Below, piece by piece: positions 17,347 through 24,617 of a stretch of DNA of 39,388 nucleotides (positions within the stretch are counted from its first letter, which is position 1; every line of letters begins with the position of its first letter). Made by a program: the position numbers and the translations under genes. Where the stretch lies: NCBI GenBank assembly GCA_038045285.1, contig JBBSYK010000020.1, positions 1 through 39,388 on the forward strand, in the 5' to 3' direction. The notes beneath the pieces were generated by a model. That model saw only the letters and a program-made list of their open reading frames with translations, searched no databases and was not told the origin of the DNA. The stretch comes from Nanobdellota archaeon. GTDB taxonomy: Archaea > Nanobdellota > Nanobdellia > Pacearchaeales > GW2011-AR1.

Positions 17347-18219
17347 ATGTCATTACTTATTGCCAGTTTTCCAGAAACGAAGCATATAGGGAAAAAAGTC
17401 GCCAAAGTCTTAAAAGCAAAACATACAACAATTTTTGTTGAAGATTTCCCAGATTCAGAGTTTCATTTAAAGCTCAGAAAAAATCCAAAAAACAAAACCG
17501 TAGTTATAATTAATTCAATAACAAAAGATCCTGACGAAAAAATAATAGAAACAATTCTTGCTGCTGGAGTAGCAAAGGATTTCGGAGCTAAGAAAGTTGT
17601 TTTAGTTGCCACTTATTTTCCCTATATGAGGCAGGATAAACATTTTCTAAAATATGACAGCTTTTCTTCAAGGCATATTATAAAGCTTTTTAGCGATTTT
17701 AATGATATTTTCTTATTAGACCCTCATCTCCATAGAATAAAAGCACCTAAGGAATTATATTGGAAAGCAAAACGCATCAGTGCGAACAAATTAATTGCTA
17801 ATTTTATTGCTAAAAAATTCAAAGGCGATTTTATTATCTTAGGTCCTGATGAAGAAAGCACACAGTGGAGTTCTGAAATTGCTAAAATACTTGGCAAAAA
17901 TGTCGTAATTTTGAAAAAAATAAGAAAATCTCCAAGATTTGTCAAAATTAATAAAGTAAATCTAGGTATAGCCAAAAATGTTATTATTATAGATGATATA
18001 ATCAGCACAGGCAGAACTTTAGTTGAAACACTCAAAATTGCCAAAGAGCAAGGAGCTAAGAATTTAGTTTGTATAGGTATACATGGCATATTTGCAGAAG
18101 GGGCTGATAAAAAGATTAGAAAATATGCTCGTTTAATAACTACAAACAGTATTCCCAATAAATATGCTAAGATAGATGTTTCTTCTGTAATTTCTGATGC
18201 GCTTAAAAATTACTCTTGA
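17347..18219 (+). CDS. prs: Ribose-phosphate pyrophosphokinase (PRPP synthetase)
   Basis: PRPP-binding loop VIIIDDIISTGRTL, DPHLHRI, overall Prs architecture (290 aa). Confidence 0.85.
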   Translation: MSLLIASFPETKHIGKKVAKVLKAKHTTIFVEDFPDSEFHLKLRKNPKNKTVVIINSITKDPDEKIIETILAAGVAKDFGAKKVVLVATYFPYMRQDKHFLKYDSFSSRHIIKLFSDFNDIFLLDPHLHRIKAPKELYWKAKRISANKLIANFIAKKFKGDFIILGPDEESTQWSSEIAKILGKNVVILKKIRKSPRFVKINKVNLGIAKNVIIIDDIISTGRTLVETLKIAKEQGAKNLVCIGIHGIFAEGADKKIRKYARLITTNSIPNKYAKIDVSSVISDALKNYS

Positions 18220-18228
18220 TAATAAAAG

Positions 18229-18239
18229 TTTTATTTTTT
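18229..18239 (+). terminator. Oligo-T tract (TTTTATTTTTT) 10 nt after the prs stop
   Basis: Archaeal termination commonly uses T-runs. Sequence observation only. Confidence 0.3.
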
Positions 18240-18245
18240 GAATTA

Positions 18246-18345
18246 ATTATAGAGAGCTTTGAATAACCCTTATTTTCAAATGGTTTTCAAAGCGATTCTT
18301 AGAGGATTTTTGGGGTTTTTCAAAATCCCCTATAGACTAGAATTA
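18246..18345. mobile_element. MITE-like palindromic element, copy 2
   Basis: Aligns with copy 1 across tatagagagctttgaataaccc...ggttttcaaagcg...tagagga.ttt..ggggtttttcaaa.tc..ctatag. Right end ctatagactagaatt is the inverse of the copy 1 left end. Flanked by the 9-bp direct repeat TTTGAATTA (18237-18245 and 18346-18354). Confidence 0.6.
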
Positions 18346-18450
18346 TTTGAATTATGACTCAGCATGTTTAGGGCGTCGGAGGAGATCATATAAATAATCT
18401 TTTGGTATGTTATCATAAATTATATTATGATGCCATAATGTTAGTTTCAA

Positions 18451-18598
18451 TTTTTGAGAATGCCTAAGATAATAATTTCAAACAAAGAAATAGGAAATAA
18501 TATTTTTTCTCCCACCCAATAGGAGAGACGCGCGCAGTTTTCTTTTCAAGAAAACTAGATTGCAAAAACTTCGTTTTTGGATTTATAGGAGGATTTCC
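18451..18598. repeat. Left arm of a long degenerate inverted repeat bracketing the 9-gene operon
   Basis: Modules: A tttttgagaatgcc (18451-18464), B gaaataatatttttt (18494-18508), C gagagacgcgcgc (18523-18535), D pyrimidine/purine hairpin (18536-18556), E ggatttcc (18591-18598). Each has a reverse-complement partner in the same order at 24618-24737. Confidence 0.75.
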
Positions 18599-18691
18599 TT
18601 AGTCCTTCGGATAGATAGTCTCGCTTTCAGCGAGAAATTTAATTAAAAATAACTTAGTAGTAATCACAATATTAACTTTAAAATAGTAACA

Positions 18692-18699
18692 CTTATAAA
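18692..18699 (+). promoter_or_regulatory. TATA box CTTATAAA, 29 nt upstream of ATG 18721 (operon promoter)
   Basis: Same box and spacing as host genes. Favours ATG 18721 over the TTG 18715 of the ORF track. Confidence 0.45.
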
Positions 18700-18720
18700 C
18701 TTCTAAATATCCTTTTGTAT

Positions 18721-19425
18721 ATGAAAAAACAGTATGATGACTCAACTGCCGATATGAGAGAGACAGTTTTTTCTAAAAATATTCCCAATTTTGTCCATGA
18801 AAAGTTTTTAGATTATGTGGGAAAAACTCCAAATAGGGGTAGAATTTTAGATATTGGAACAGGAAATGGATATATCTTAAGAGAAATTAAAAAGAGATTT
18901 CCTGAGAGATATGAATTAATAGGTGTTGATTCTTCTCCTTCCATGTTAGAGAAAGCAAGATTAATTGATAAAACAATAGAATATTTGTTAGCAGATAACA
19001 ATAATCTTCCCTTTAGGGATGGCCATTTTTCAACAGTTACAGCGAAAAATGTTACTCGCTTTTCAGCAGAAGAATTTGCAAGAGTTTTACAAGTAGGAGG
19101 ATTATTTGTCTTTAGAGAATACGGACCAGGAAAAGGGTTAGTTGAAATTTCTAAACTCTTTCCGGATAGATTAATTAGATCTCGTGAGCTGGATTATTAT
19201 GTTACCCAGTTAAATAAATCTGGATTTGAGAGTATCAATGTTGAAAGATTTACTATTCAAAGACAATATGCTCAAGAGGAATTGTTAAAGATTGTTCAAA
19301 TGTTTCCATTTATTGAGAATATGGATGATTCAGATTTAGAAAAGATAAAATATCTTTTTAGAGGAAAAGAATTTATTAAAGTAACTTCCGATCCATTTAT
19401 CTTAACAGCAAGGAGGAAAAAATGA
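18721..19425 (+). CDS. Class I SAM-dependent methyltransferase (UbiE/Methyltransf_11-like)
   Basis: Motif I ILDIGTGNGYIL, ELIGVDSSPSMLEKA, LPFRDGHFS, GGLFVF. Confidence 0.8.
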   Translation: MKKQYDDSTADMRETVFSKNIPNFVHEKFLDYVGKTPNRGRILDIGTGNGYILREIKKRFPERYELIGVDSSPSMLEKARLIDKTIEYLLADNNNLPFRDGHFSTVTAKNVTRFSAEEFARVLQVGGLFVFREYGPGKGLVEISKLFPDRLIRSRELDYYVTQLNKSGFESINVERFTIQRQYAQEELLKIVQMFPFIENMDDSDLEKIKYLFRGKEFIKVTSDPFILTARRKK

Positions 19426-20351
19426 TAAGCTATGATACTTTAATTATTGGTGGAGGTCCTGCAGGAATGTCTGCAGCATTATTTGCACAAGGAGATGGAT
19501 TAAATTTTAGATTGAGTGAAAAAGGGATTCCTTGCCAGTTTGTTGAAGAAACAATCAATACCAATTTTACTAATTTAGAAAATTATCTTGGTCTATATGA
19601 TATGGACGGAACATCTGTGGCGCGAATTTTTAGAAAACATTTGGAAGATAGAAAAATTCCCCTATTTCACGAAGAAATAAAGGATATAAAACCTCTTGAT
19701 AATCTTTTTTGTATAAATTCAGATAAAGGAGAGTACATGGCAAAAACGATTATTCTAGCTACGGGAACTAGACCAAGGGAATTAACAATTCCTGGAATAG
19801 AAAATGTTCTTGAAAGAGTTCATTATGGAATTAACAAAGATTTTTCTCACTATAAAAATCATGTTGCCCTAGTTGTTGGGGGAAGAAATTCTGGAGCAGT
19901 TACTGCAGTTAGATTAAAAGAAATTGGGGTAAACCCAATCGTAATAGAAAAATCATCTAAATCAACAGCTAAAACAAAATATTTAGAAAAACTGGACGAA
20001 TTATCAATACCGCTATTAACAAATGCGAATCTTGAAAAAATTGTAGGCTTTCGAGGAATACAAGAGGCACATGTTACAATCAATAATAAATTAAAAATTT
20101 TTAATCCGATTGCTATATTTGGTTGTATTGGATATACTCCAAATAACAGAATTGCGGTAGATCTCGGATTACAATTAGATAAAGAAGGGTATATTGAAGT
20201 TGATAGAAAAATGCAAACCTCTATGGAAGGAGTATATGCGGCTGGAGATGTTAATGGCGGAGTTAAAATGATTGCTGTTGCATCAGGAGAAGGAGCAATA
20301 GCAGAATATTATGCTAATGGATATGTAAAATTAAAATGGAAAGAAGAATAG
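19422..20351 (+). CDS. Thioredoxin-reductase-fold FAD/NAD(P)-binding oxidoreductase lacking the CxxC redox centre
   Basis: DTLIIGGGPAGMSAA (FAD), VVGGRNSGAVTAVRL (second dinucleotide fold), VYAAGDVNGG. No CxxC (CATCDG-type) anywhere. ATGA overlap with the upstream gene; GGAGG 6 nt upstream. Confidence 0.75.
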   Translation: MISYDTLIIGGGPAGMSAALFAQGDGLNFRLSEKGIPCQFVEETINTNFTNLENYLGLYDMDGTSVARIFRKHLEDRKIPLFHEEIKDIKPLDNLFCINSDKGEYMAKTIILATGTRPRELTIPGIENVLERVHYGINKDFSHYKNHVALVVGGRNSGAVTAVRLKEIGVNPIVIEKSSKSTAKTKYLEKLDELSIPLLTNANLEKIVGFRGIQEAHVTINNKLKIFNPIAIFGCIGYTPNNRIAVDLGLQLDKEGYIEVDRKMQTSMEGVYAAGDVNGGVKMIAVASGEGAIAEYYANGYVKLKWKEE

Positions 20352-20815
20352 GAATGTTATTTGATTGTTTAAGGGCACCTTATGATGTAGCCCATATCTA
20401 TCAGGTAGCTGTTGCTTTAGGAAATTGTGATTTATATTTATCAGGAAATAGTATTGATCCAAATCATAAAAAAATTGTTAGTAAAACAAGATCTTGGGGT
20501 ATTGAGGAGATACCCTCTTTTAGAAAGTTTGAATCTTTGAAATCTGCAGCGGAGCATCTGCATCGAGAAGGGAAATATTTGATAGGGACATCTCCCAATA
20601 CAGATAATGATCTCTATAATTATAATTTTACAAAGCATGATTCTGTTATTGTTTTTGGAACAGAATCTTCTGGATTAACTAAAAGAAAGTCTCTTTTACT
20701 TGATGATTTAATAAAAATACCCATGAATTCTGAATGTAAATTTCTAACATTGCCTACCGCAGTTCCAGTTATAGCTTATGAATTCTATAGGCAAATAAAG
20801 GAGGCTGGAAAATGA
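20336..20815 (+). CDS. Divergent SPOUT (SpoU/TrmH-like) methyltransferase-fold protein
   Basis: IVFGTESSGL (motif 2) and IKIPMNSECKFLTLPTAVPVIAYEF (motif 3-like). Motif 1 (N.G...R) is not recognisable. An alternative start is ATG 20354. Confidence 0.6.
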   Translation: MERRIGMLFDCLRAPYDVAHIYQVAVALGNCDLYLSGNSIDPNHKKIVSKTRSWGIEEIPSFRKFESLKSAAEHLHREGKYLIGTSPNTDNDLYNYNFTKHDSVIVFGTESSGLTKRKSLLLDDLIKIPMNSECKFLTLPTAVPVIAYEFYRQIKEAGK

Positions 20816-21888
20816 AATCTTTGGATGGAAAGGTATTGTATATTATAGGAACCGGAGCAAAGAAAATTACGCAGATTCCTCGTATGATACAGGAATTTGT
20901 TGGTGAAGGAGCAGAGATTTACACTATGATGTCTGATATAGGTAAACAGATATGTGATTCTGGTTTATCAGAATTTAGAATAAATAGAAATACGATTATT
21001 CAGGGTTATTCAGGAGAAGGAGAAGCTTTACCTTTAGAAGATATGGTTTTAGTTGCACCTTGCACTTTCAATACTTTAAATAAAATTGCGGGAGGTATTG
21101 CAGATACTTATCCATTAACAATAGCTGCTACAGCAATAGGAGCTGGAAGAAATGTTGTAATTGCTCCCGCTATGAATGGAGACTTATGGTATCATCCTAT
21201 TATGCAAGAATCAAGAAAGAAATTAGAACAGTGGGGCTGTAAAATTGTTTGGCCAGAGATTACCCCCGAGAAAGTTACAATGGCTCCAATTGAAAAAATC
21301 GCTGATACAGTGTATCACATTTTATCTGGAACGCGATATGATTCTGAACAAGTTGAAAGAACCATTGATTTTGATAGATTAGTTGATAACCATTATACTG
21401 AATTTAGGGAAGTCGGTCAAGAATTAGTTGATATTGATTTAACAAGAGGAACTGGGGGTTGTTTAAGTAAAAAAGTAAACGAAGGAATTTTGGTTTCAGC
21501 GAGTGGATCTCAAGTTGGAAGTTTATCTAAACAAGACATTTCCTTAATAATAAAAGTTGAAAATGAAAAGATTCATTGGATGGGATATAAAAAACCATCT
21601 TCAGAATCTCCATTACTTTCTGAGTTATATCAAAATTTCTCAGAAGCAAATGCGATCATCCATAGTCATTGTCCAAGAATTACCTATGATAGTAAAATGC
21701 AAAAATACTCGATTCCTAATTATGTTCGAGCAGGTTGTTTTGGTGAAGGAAAGAAAATCGCAAATGTTATCTCGGATAATGAGGGTTTTGCAATTTTAAG
21801 ACTTCATGGGGAATTGGCTGTTGGAAGTTCATTACAAGAGGTATATCAAAAATTAAAAACAAAGATGGAGGAAGCACATGAAAGATAA
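20812..21888 (+). CDS. Fusion protein: HFCD/PPC-decarboxylase-like flavoprotein domain (N) + class II aldolase/adducin domain (C)
   Basis: N-terminal domain: VLYIIGTGAKK, VLVAPCTFNTLNKIAGGIADTYPLT, IAPAMNGDLWYHP (PAMNxxMW-type). C-terminal domain: GTGGCLSKK, LVSASGS, KPSSES, AIIHSHCP (HxH), LRLHGELAVG. GGAGG upstream; 4-nt overlap. Confidence 0.75.
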   Translation: MKSLDGKVLYIIGTGAKKITQIPRMIQEFVGEGAEIYTMMSDIGKQICDSGLSEFRINRNTIIQGYSGEGEALPLEDMVLVAPCTFNTLNKIAGGIADTYPLTIAATAIGAGRNVVIAPAMNGDLWYHPIMQESRKKLEQWGCKIVWPEITPEKVTMAPIEKIADTVYHILSGTRYDSEQVERTIDFDRLVDNHYTEFREVGQELVDIDLTRGTGGCLSKKVNEGILVSASGSQVGSLSKQDISLIIKVENEKIHWMGYKKPSSESPLLSELYQNFSEANAIIHSHCPRITYDSKMQKYSIPNYVRAGCFGEGKKIANVISDNEGFAILRLHGELAVGSSLQEVYQKLKTKMEEAHER

Positions 21889-22426
21889 GTTAACAACATT
21901 AATTGCAGGACCTACTGATAGAACAAAATTATTTAGATTTGGAAGCATTGCTCCAGCAGAATACCAAAATTTTATAGGTAAAAGGGCTGGTATACTGGCA
22001 AGGTATATACCTCAAATAAATATTATCCCTGATGATGGAGTTCCTTTGGATATTGCCAGAGCTTATAAAAATTCAGGAGGTGAGAATGTTGTAGGTTATG
22101 TACCAAAGGGTGGAATAAGAAAATTAGAAAAATATTTCCAATATTGCGATAAGATAGAAGAATTTGATACTGGGTGGTCAGGGCTTAATACTTGCCTTAG
22201 TTTAAAAGGAGATATTATTGTTGTTTTCGGTTTCTCACCAGGAACATTGGTTGAAGTAGTATATACAAAATATCACAAAAAATATCTAGATAGAGATGTG
22301 CCAGTTATAATTGACAGAACTACAATTGATGGGAATATGCCTCCAGAATTACTGGACGAATTAAGTATAAGGTACTTTTCTACAAACGATGAATTATCAA
22401 AAATATTGGAGGGGTATAAAAAATGA
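21878..22426 (+). CDS. LOG/SLOG-family (TIGR00725-like) Rossmann-fold nucleotide-binding protein
   Basis: DDGVPLDIARAYKNSGGENVVGYVP and IIVVFGFSPGTLVEV resemble the LOG pattern G.M.a...ga...GG...G..P / ..GG.GTl.E. By-eye call. Confidence 0.55.
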   Translation: MKDKLTTLIAGPTDRTKLFRFGSIAPAEYQNFIGKRAGILARYIPQINIIPDDGVPLDIARAYKNSGGENVVGYVPKGGIRKLEKYFQYCDKIEEFDTGWSGLNTCLSLKGDIIVVFGFSPGTLVEVVYTKYHKKYLDRDVPVIIDRTTIDGNMPPELLDELSIRYFSTNDELSKILEGYKK

Positions 22427-22890
22427 GAGGGCTATATGTGGGGAGATTTGATCCATTTCATTTAGGTCATCTTAAGGCTCATGATTTGTTATGTAAAATC
22501 GTTGATGAAGTTAAAATTGGTATTGGTGCACAAAGAGAAAATGATTTTTTAACTATAGAAGAAAGAATAAAAGGAGTTTATGAAAATACAGGAGTCCAGC
22601 CAGTTGAATTAGAAGATTTGGAGAGTAATCATCCTTTATATTGGGACTGGGGAGAGTATGTTCTGGGGAGGATTGAATATGTAGAAATAGTTGCTACAGG
22701 GAATGACTATGTTAGAGATGATTTTACTAAAAAGAATATTCCTGTTTTATGGCTACCGAGGTATGATAATATAAGTGGGACCATAATTAGAAATAAAATT
22801 AGTGAGAAAGATGATTCTTGGAAATTATTAGTTCCAGAAAAAACAAAATTATTGATATTAAACTCTGTAAGATATAAGGAAACAAAATGA
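22423..22890 (+). CDS. Archaeal NMNAT-fold (HxGH) nucleotidyltransferase
   Basis: MRGLYVGRFDPFHLGHL (GRFqPFHxGH), IGIGAQ, ISGTIIRNKI, W..LVPE: close by eye to archaeal nicotinamide-nucleotide adenylyltransferase. Substrate not determinable. Confidence 0.75.
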   Translation: MRGLYVGRFDPFHLGHLKAHDLLCKIVDEVKIGIGAQRENDFLTIEERIKGVYENTGVQPVELEDLESNHPLYWDWGEYVLGRIEYVEIVATGNDYVRDDFTKKNIPVLWLPRYDNISGTIIRNKISEKDDSWKLLVPEKTKLLILNSVRYKETK

Positions 22891-23621
22891 AACTTTATCA
22901 AGATTTAGCAAAAATGTATGATTTACTCTATTCATATAGAGATTATGGTAAAGAAGCAGATTTTTTAATTAGAAATCTTGCTAAGCGATGTAGCCCAAGA
23001 TTATTAGATGTAGCTTGTGGAACAGGGGTTCATCTTGACGCATTGAGAAAAAGATTACCTTCAGCTATTTTGGAAGGGATTGATTTAAACCAAGGAATGC
23101 TTGATGTTACTAAAGAAAAATCTTTGGATGCTGGATTGACACAAACAGATATGAGGAATTTTGATTTGGGTAGAAACTTTGATTTAGTCTATTGTTTATC
23201 TAGTTCTATTCAATATAATTTATCTCAAGAAGATTTTAAAAGAACTGTTGATTCAATGAGAAATCATGCTGTTGGAGGAAAGGTGGTATTTGATTTAGCA
23301 TACTACGTTGAGAGATGGAAAGAAGGATATACAAATATAACTGCAAATAGTGATGGAAGATTTGATGTTGCTGAGCTTTACACTTCACATTCAAGTGATG
23401 GTTTTTCATATTGGAATCCACTGTATCTAATTAAAGATAAAAAAACTGGCAGAATGGATATGCATGTTGATAAGCATAAAATAAAATTATGGAGTGTCTC
23501 AGAAGTTAGAGATATTTTATCTTCACAGGAAATTCCTTTTAAATTAAAAAGAGGATATTCTGAAGTTGAAGATGAAAATGGAGTTCCAATCTTCATTTTA
23601 GAAGGAATTAAAAAAGAATAA
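22887..23621 (+). CDS. Class I SAM methyltransferase resembling TylM1/DesVI-type NDP-aminosugar N,N-dimethyltransferases
   Basis: YDLLYSYRDYGKEADFL, LLDVACGTGVHL, GIDLNQGML, TDMRNFDLGRNFDLVYCLSSSIQY. Pattern recalled from memory for the TylM1 family. Confidence 0.65.
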   Translation: MKLYQDLAKMYDLLYSYRDYGKEADFLIRNLAKRCSPRLLDVACGTGVHLDALRKRLPSAILEGIDLNQGMLDVTKEKSLDAGLTQTDMRNFDLGRNFDLVYCLSSSIQYNLSQEDFKRTVDSMRNHAVGGKVVFDLAYYVERWKEGYTNITANSDGRFDVAELYTSHSSDGFSYWNPLYLIKDKKTGRMDMHVDKHKIKLWSVSEVRDILSSQEIPFKLKRGYSEVEDENGVPIFILEGIKKE

Positions 23622-23635
23622 ATATTTATAATAAG

Positions 23636-24091
23636 ATGAAAAGAAAAATATTAACTTTTGTTGTGAATGGCAGGAAATTTTTAGCTTTGGAAATGACCAA
23701 ACATCCTGAACATGCTCCAGAAGGAGGATGGTTTGTTGTAACTGGAGGTGTAGAAGAAAATGAATCCTCTGAAGATGCAGTTGCTCGGGAAGTTTTTGAA
23801 GAAACAGGACTAAACATAGAAGAAACAATTTTCTTAAATTGGAGTTCTATTTACGAATGGAGTGGAGAATTATGTGAAGAACAGAATTTTATCTCTTTTG
23901 TTAAACCTGGGGAGGTTATTTTGAATGAAGAGCATTCAAGGTATGAATGGTTAAATCTTGATGAGTTTATTAAAAAAATTAATTGGGATGACGATAAAGA
24001 ATTATTAAAAAAGGTTCTAGAAAAAGCACTTAACAAAGAAAAACACTTTGATAAGATAACTATTAAAGATTATAGGAGAAAAAATGAATAA
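23636..24091 (+). CDS. Nudix hydrolase
   Basis: Complete Nudix box GGVEENESSEDAVAREVFEETGL (Gx5Ex7REUxEExGU). Confidence 0.85.
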   Translation: MKRKILTFVVNGRKFLALEMTKHPEHAPEGGWFVVTGGVEENESSEDAVAREVFEETGLNIEETIFLNWSSIYEWSGELCEEQNFISFVKPGEVILNEEHSRYEWLNLDEFIKKINWDDDKELLKKVLEKALNKEKHFDKITIKDYRRKNE

Positions 24092-24584
24092 TTTAGCCAT
24101 TGCTGTGATGAATTTAGCAAATGAAACTAATGTTGGTGGTTTAATTAGAACTGCTAACGCAGCAAATATTAAAGAAGTGGTTATAGTTGGAAGAAAAAAA
24201 TGGAATAAGGGTGCTGCCACAGGAGCACATTCAAAGATCAACGTTGTTAAAATGAGAACTTCAGATGAATTTATTGAATATTGTAAGGAGCATGATTATA
24301 ATATTGTATCAATTGAAATAGGCAATGATTCTAAGAATCTTTTTGATTACAGATATCCAAACAATCCGATGTTAGTTATTGGAAATGAAGGAACAGGAGT
24401 TCCACAAAAAATTCTTGAGAATTCTATTGATAGAATTTATATCCCTCAATACGGAAGTGTTGAATGTTTAAATGCTGCGGTTGCAGGAAGTATTGTTATT
24501 TATGATTGGATTAAAAAGAATAATTCTTGTAAAGAATTAGATACAATAGATAGAAAATTTGATATTTACAAATTCCAAAAATAG
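24084..24584 (+). CDS. SpoU/TrmH-family (SPOUT) 2'-O-ribose methyltransferase-like protein, canonical motifs
   Basis: NVGGLIRTA (motif 1), LVIGNEGTGV (motif 2), IPQYGSVECLNAAVAGSIVIYDW (motif 3). AGGAG upstream; 8-nt overlap with the Nudix gene. Confidence 0.85.
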   Translation: MNNLAIAVMNLANETNVGGLIRTANAANIKEVVIVGRKKWNKGAATGAHSKINVVKMRTSDEFIEYCKEHDYNIVSIEIGNDSKNLFDYRYPNNPMLVIGNEGTGVPQKILENSIDRIYIPQYGSVECLNAAVAGSIVIYDWIKKNNSCKELDTIDRKFDIYKFQK

Positions 24585-24587
24585 CGA

Positions 24588-24608
24588 CTTCTTTTTAGAA
24601 AAAAGAAG
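24588..24608 (+). terminator. Perfect hairpin CTTCTTTTT-aga-AAAAAGAAG 4 nt after the operon stop (possible terminator)
   Basis: Contains a T5 run. The terminator role is an inference. Confidence 0.3.
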
Positions 24609-24617
24609 CAAAAAGAC

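Noticed and set aside
18361-18660. GC-richer patches flanking the cassette (18361-18390 and 18515-18640, plus 24600-24680 and 24780-24950), considered as tRNA, 5S or other rRNA fragments, or as a split or intron-containing RNA gene into which the cassette had inserted.
   Set aside because: I found no T-loop (GTTCRANYC) or acceptor/anticodon arm geometry on either strand, and no universally conserved 16S/23S strings. The hairpins are simple perfect stems rather than a cloverleaf. A covariance-model scan is still worthwhile.
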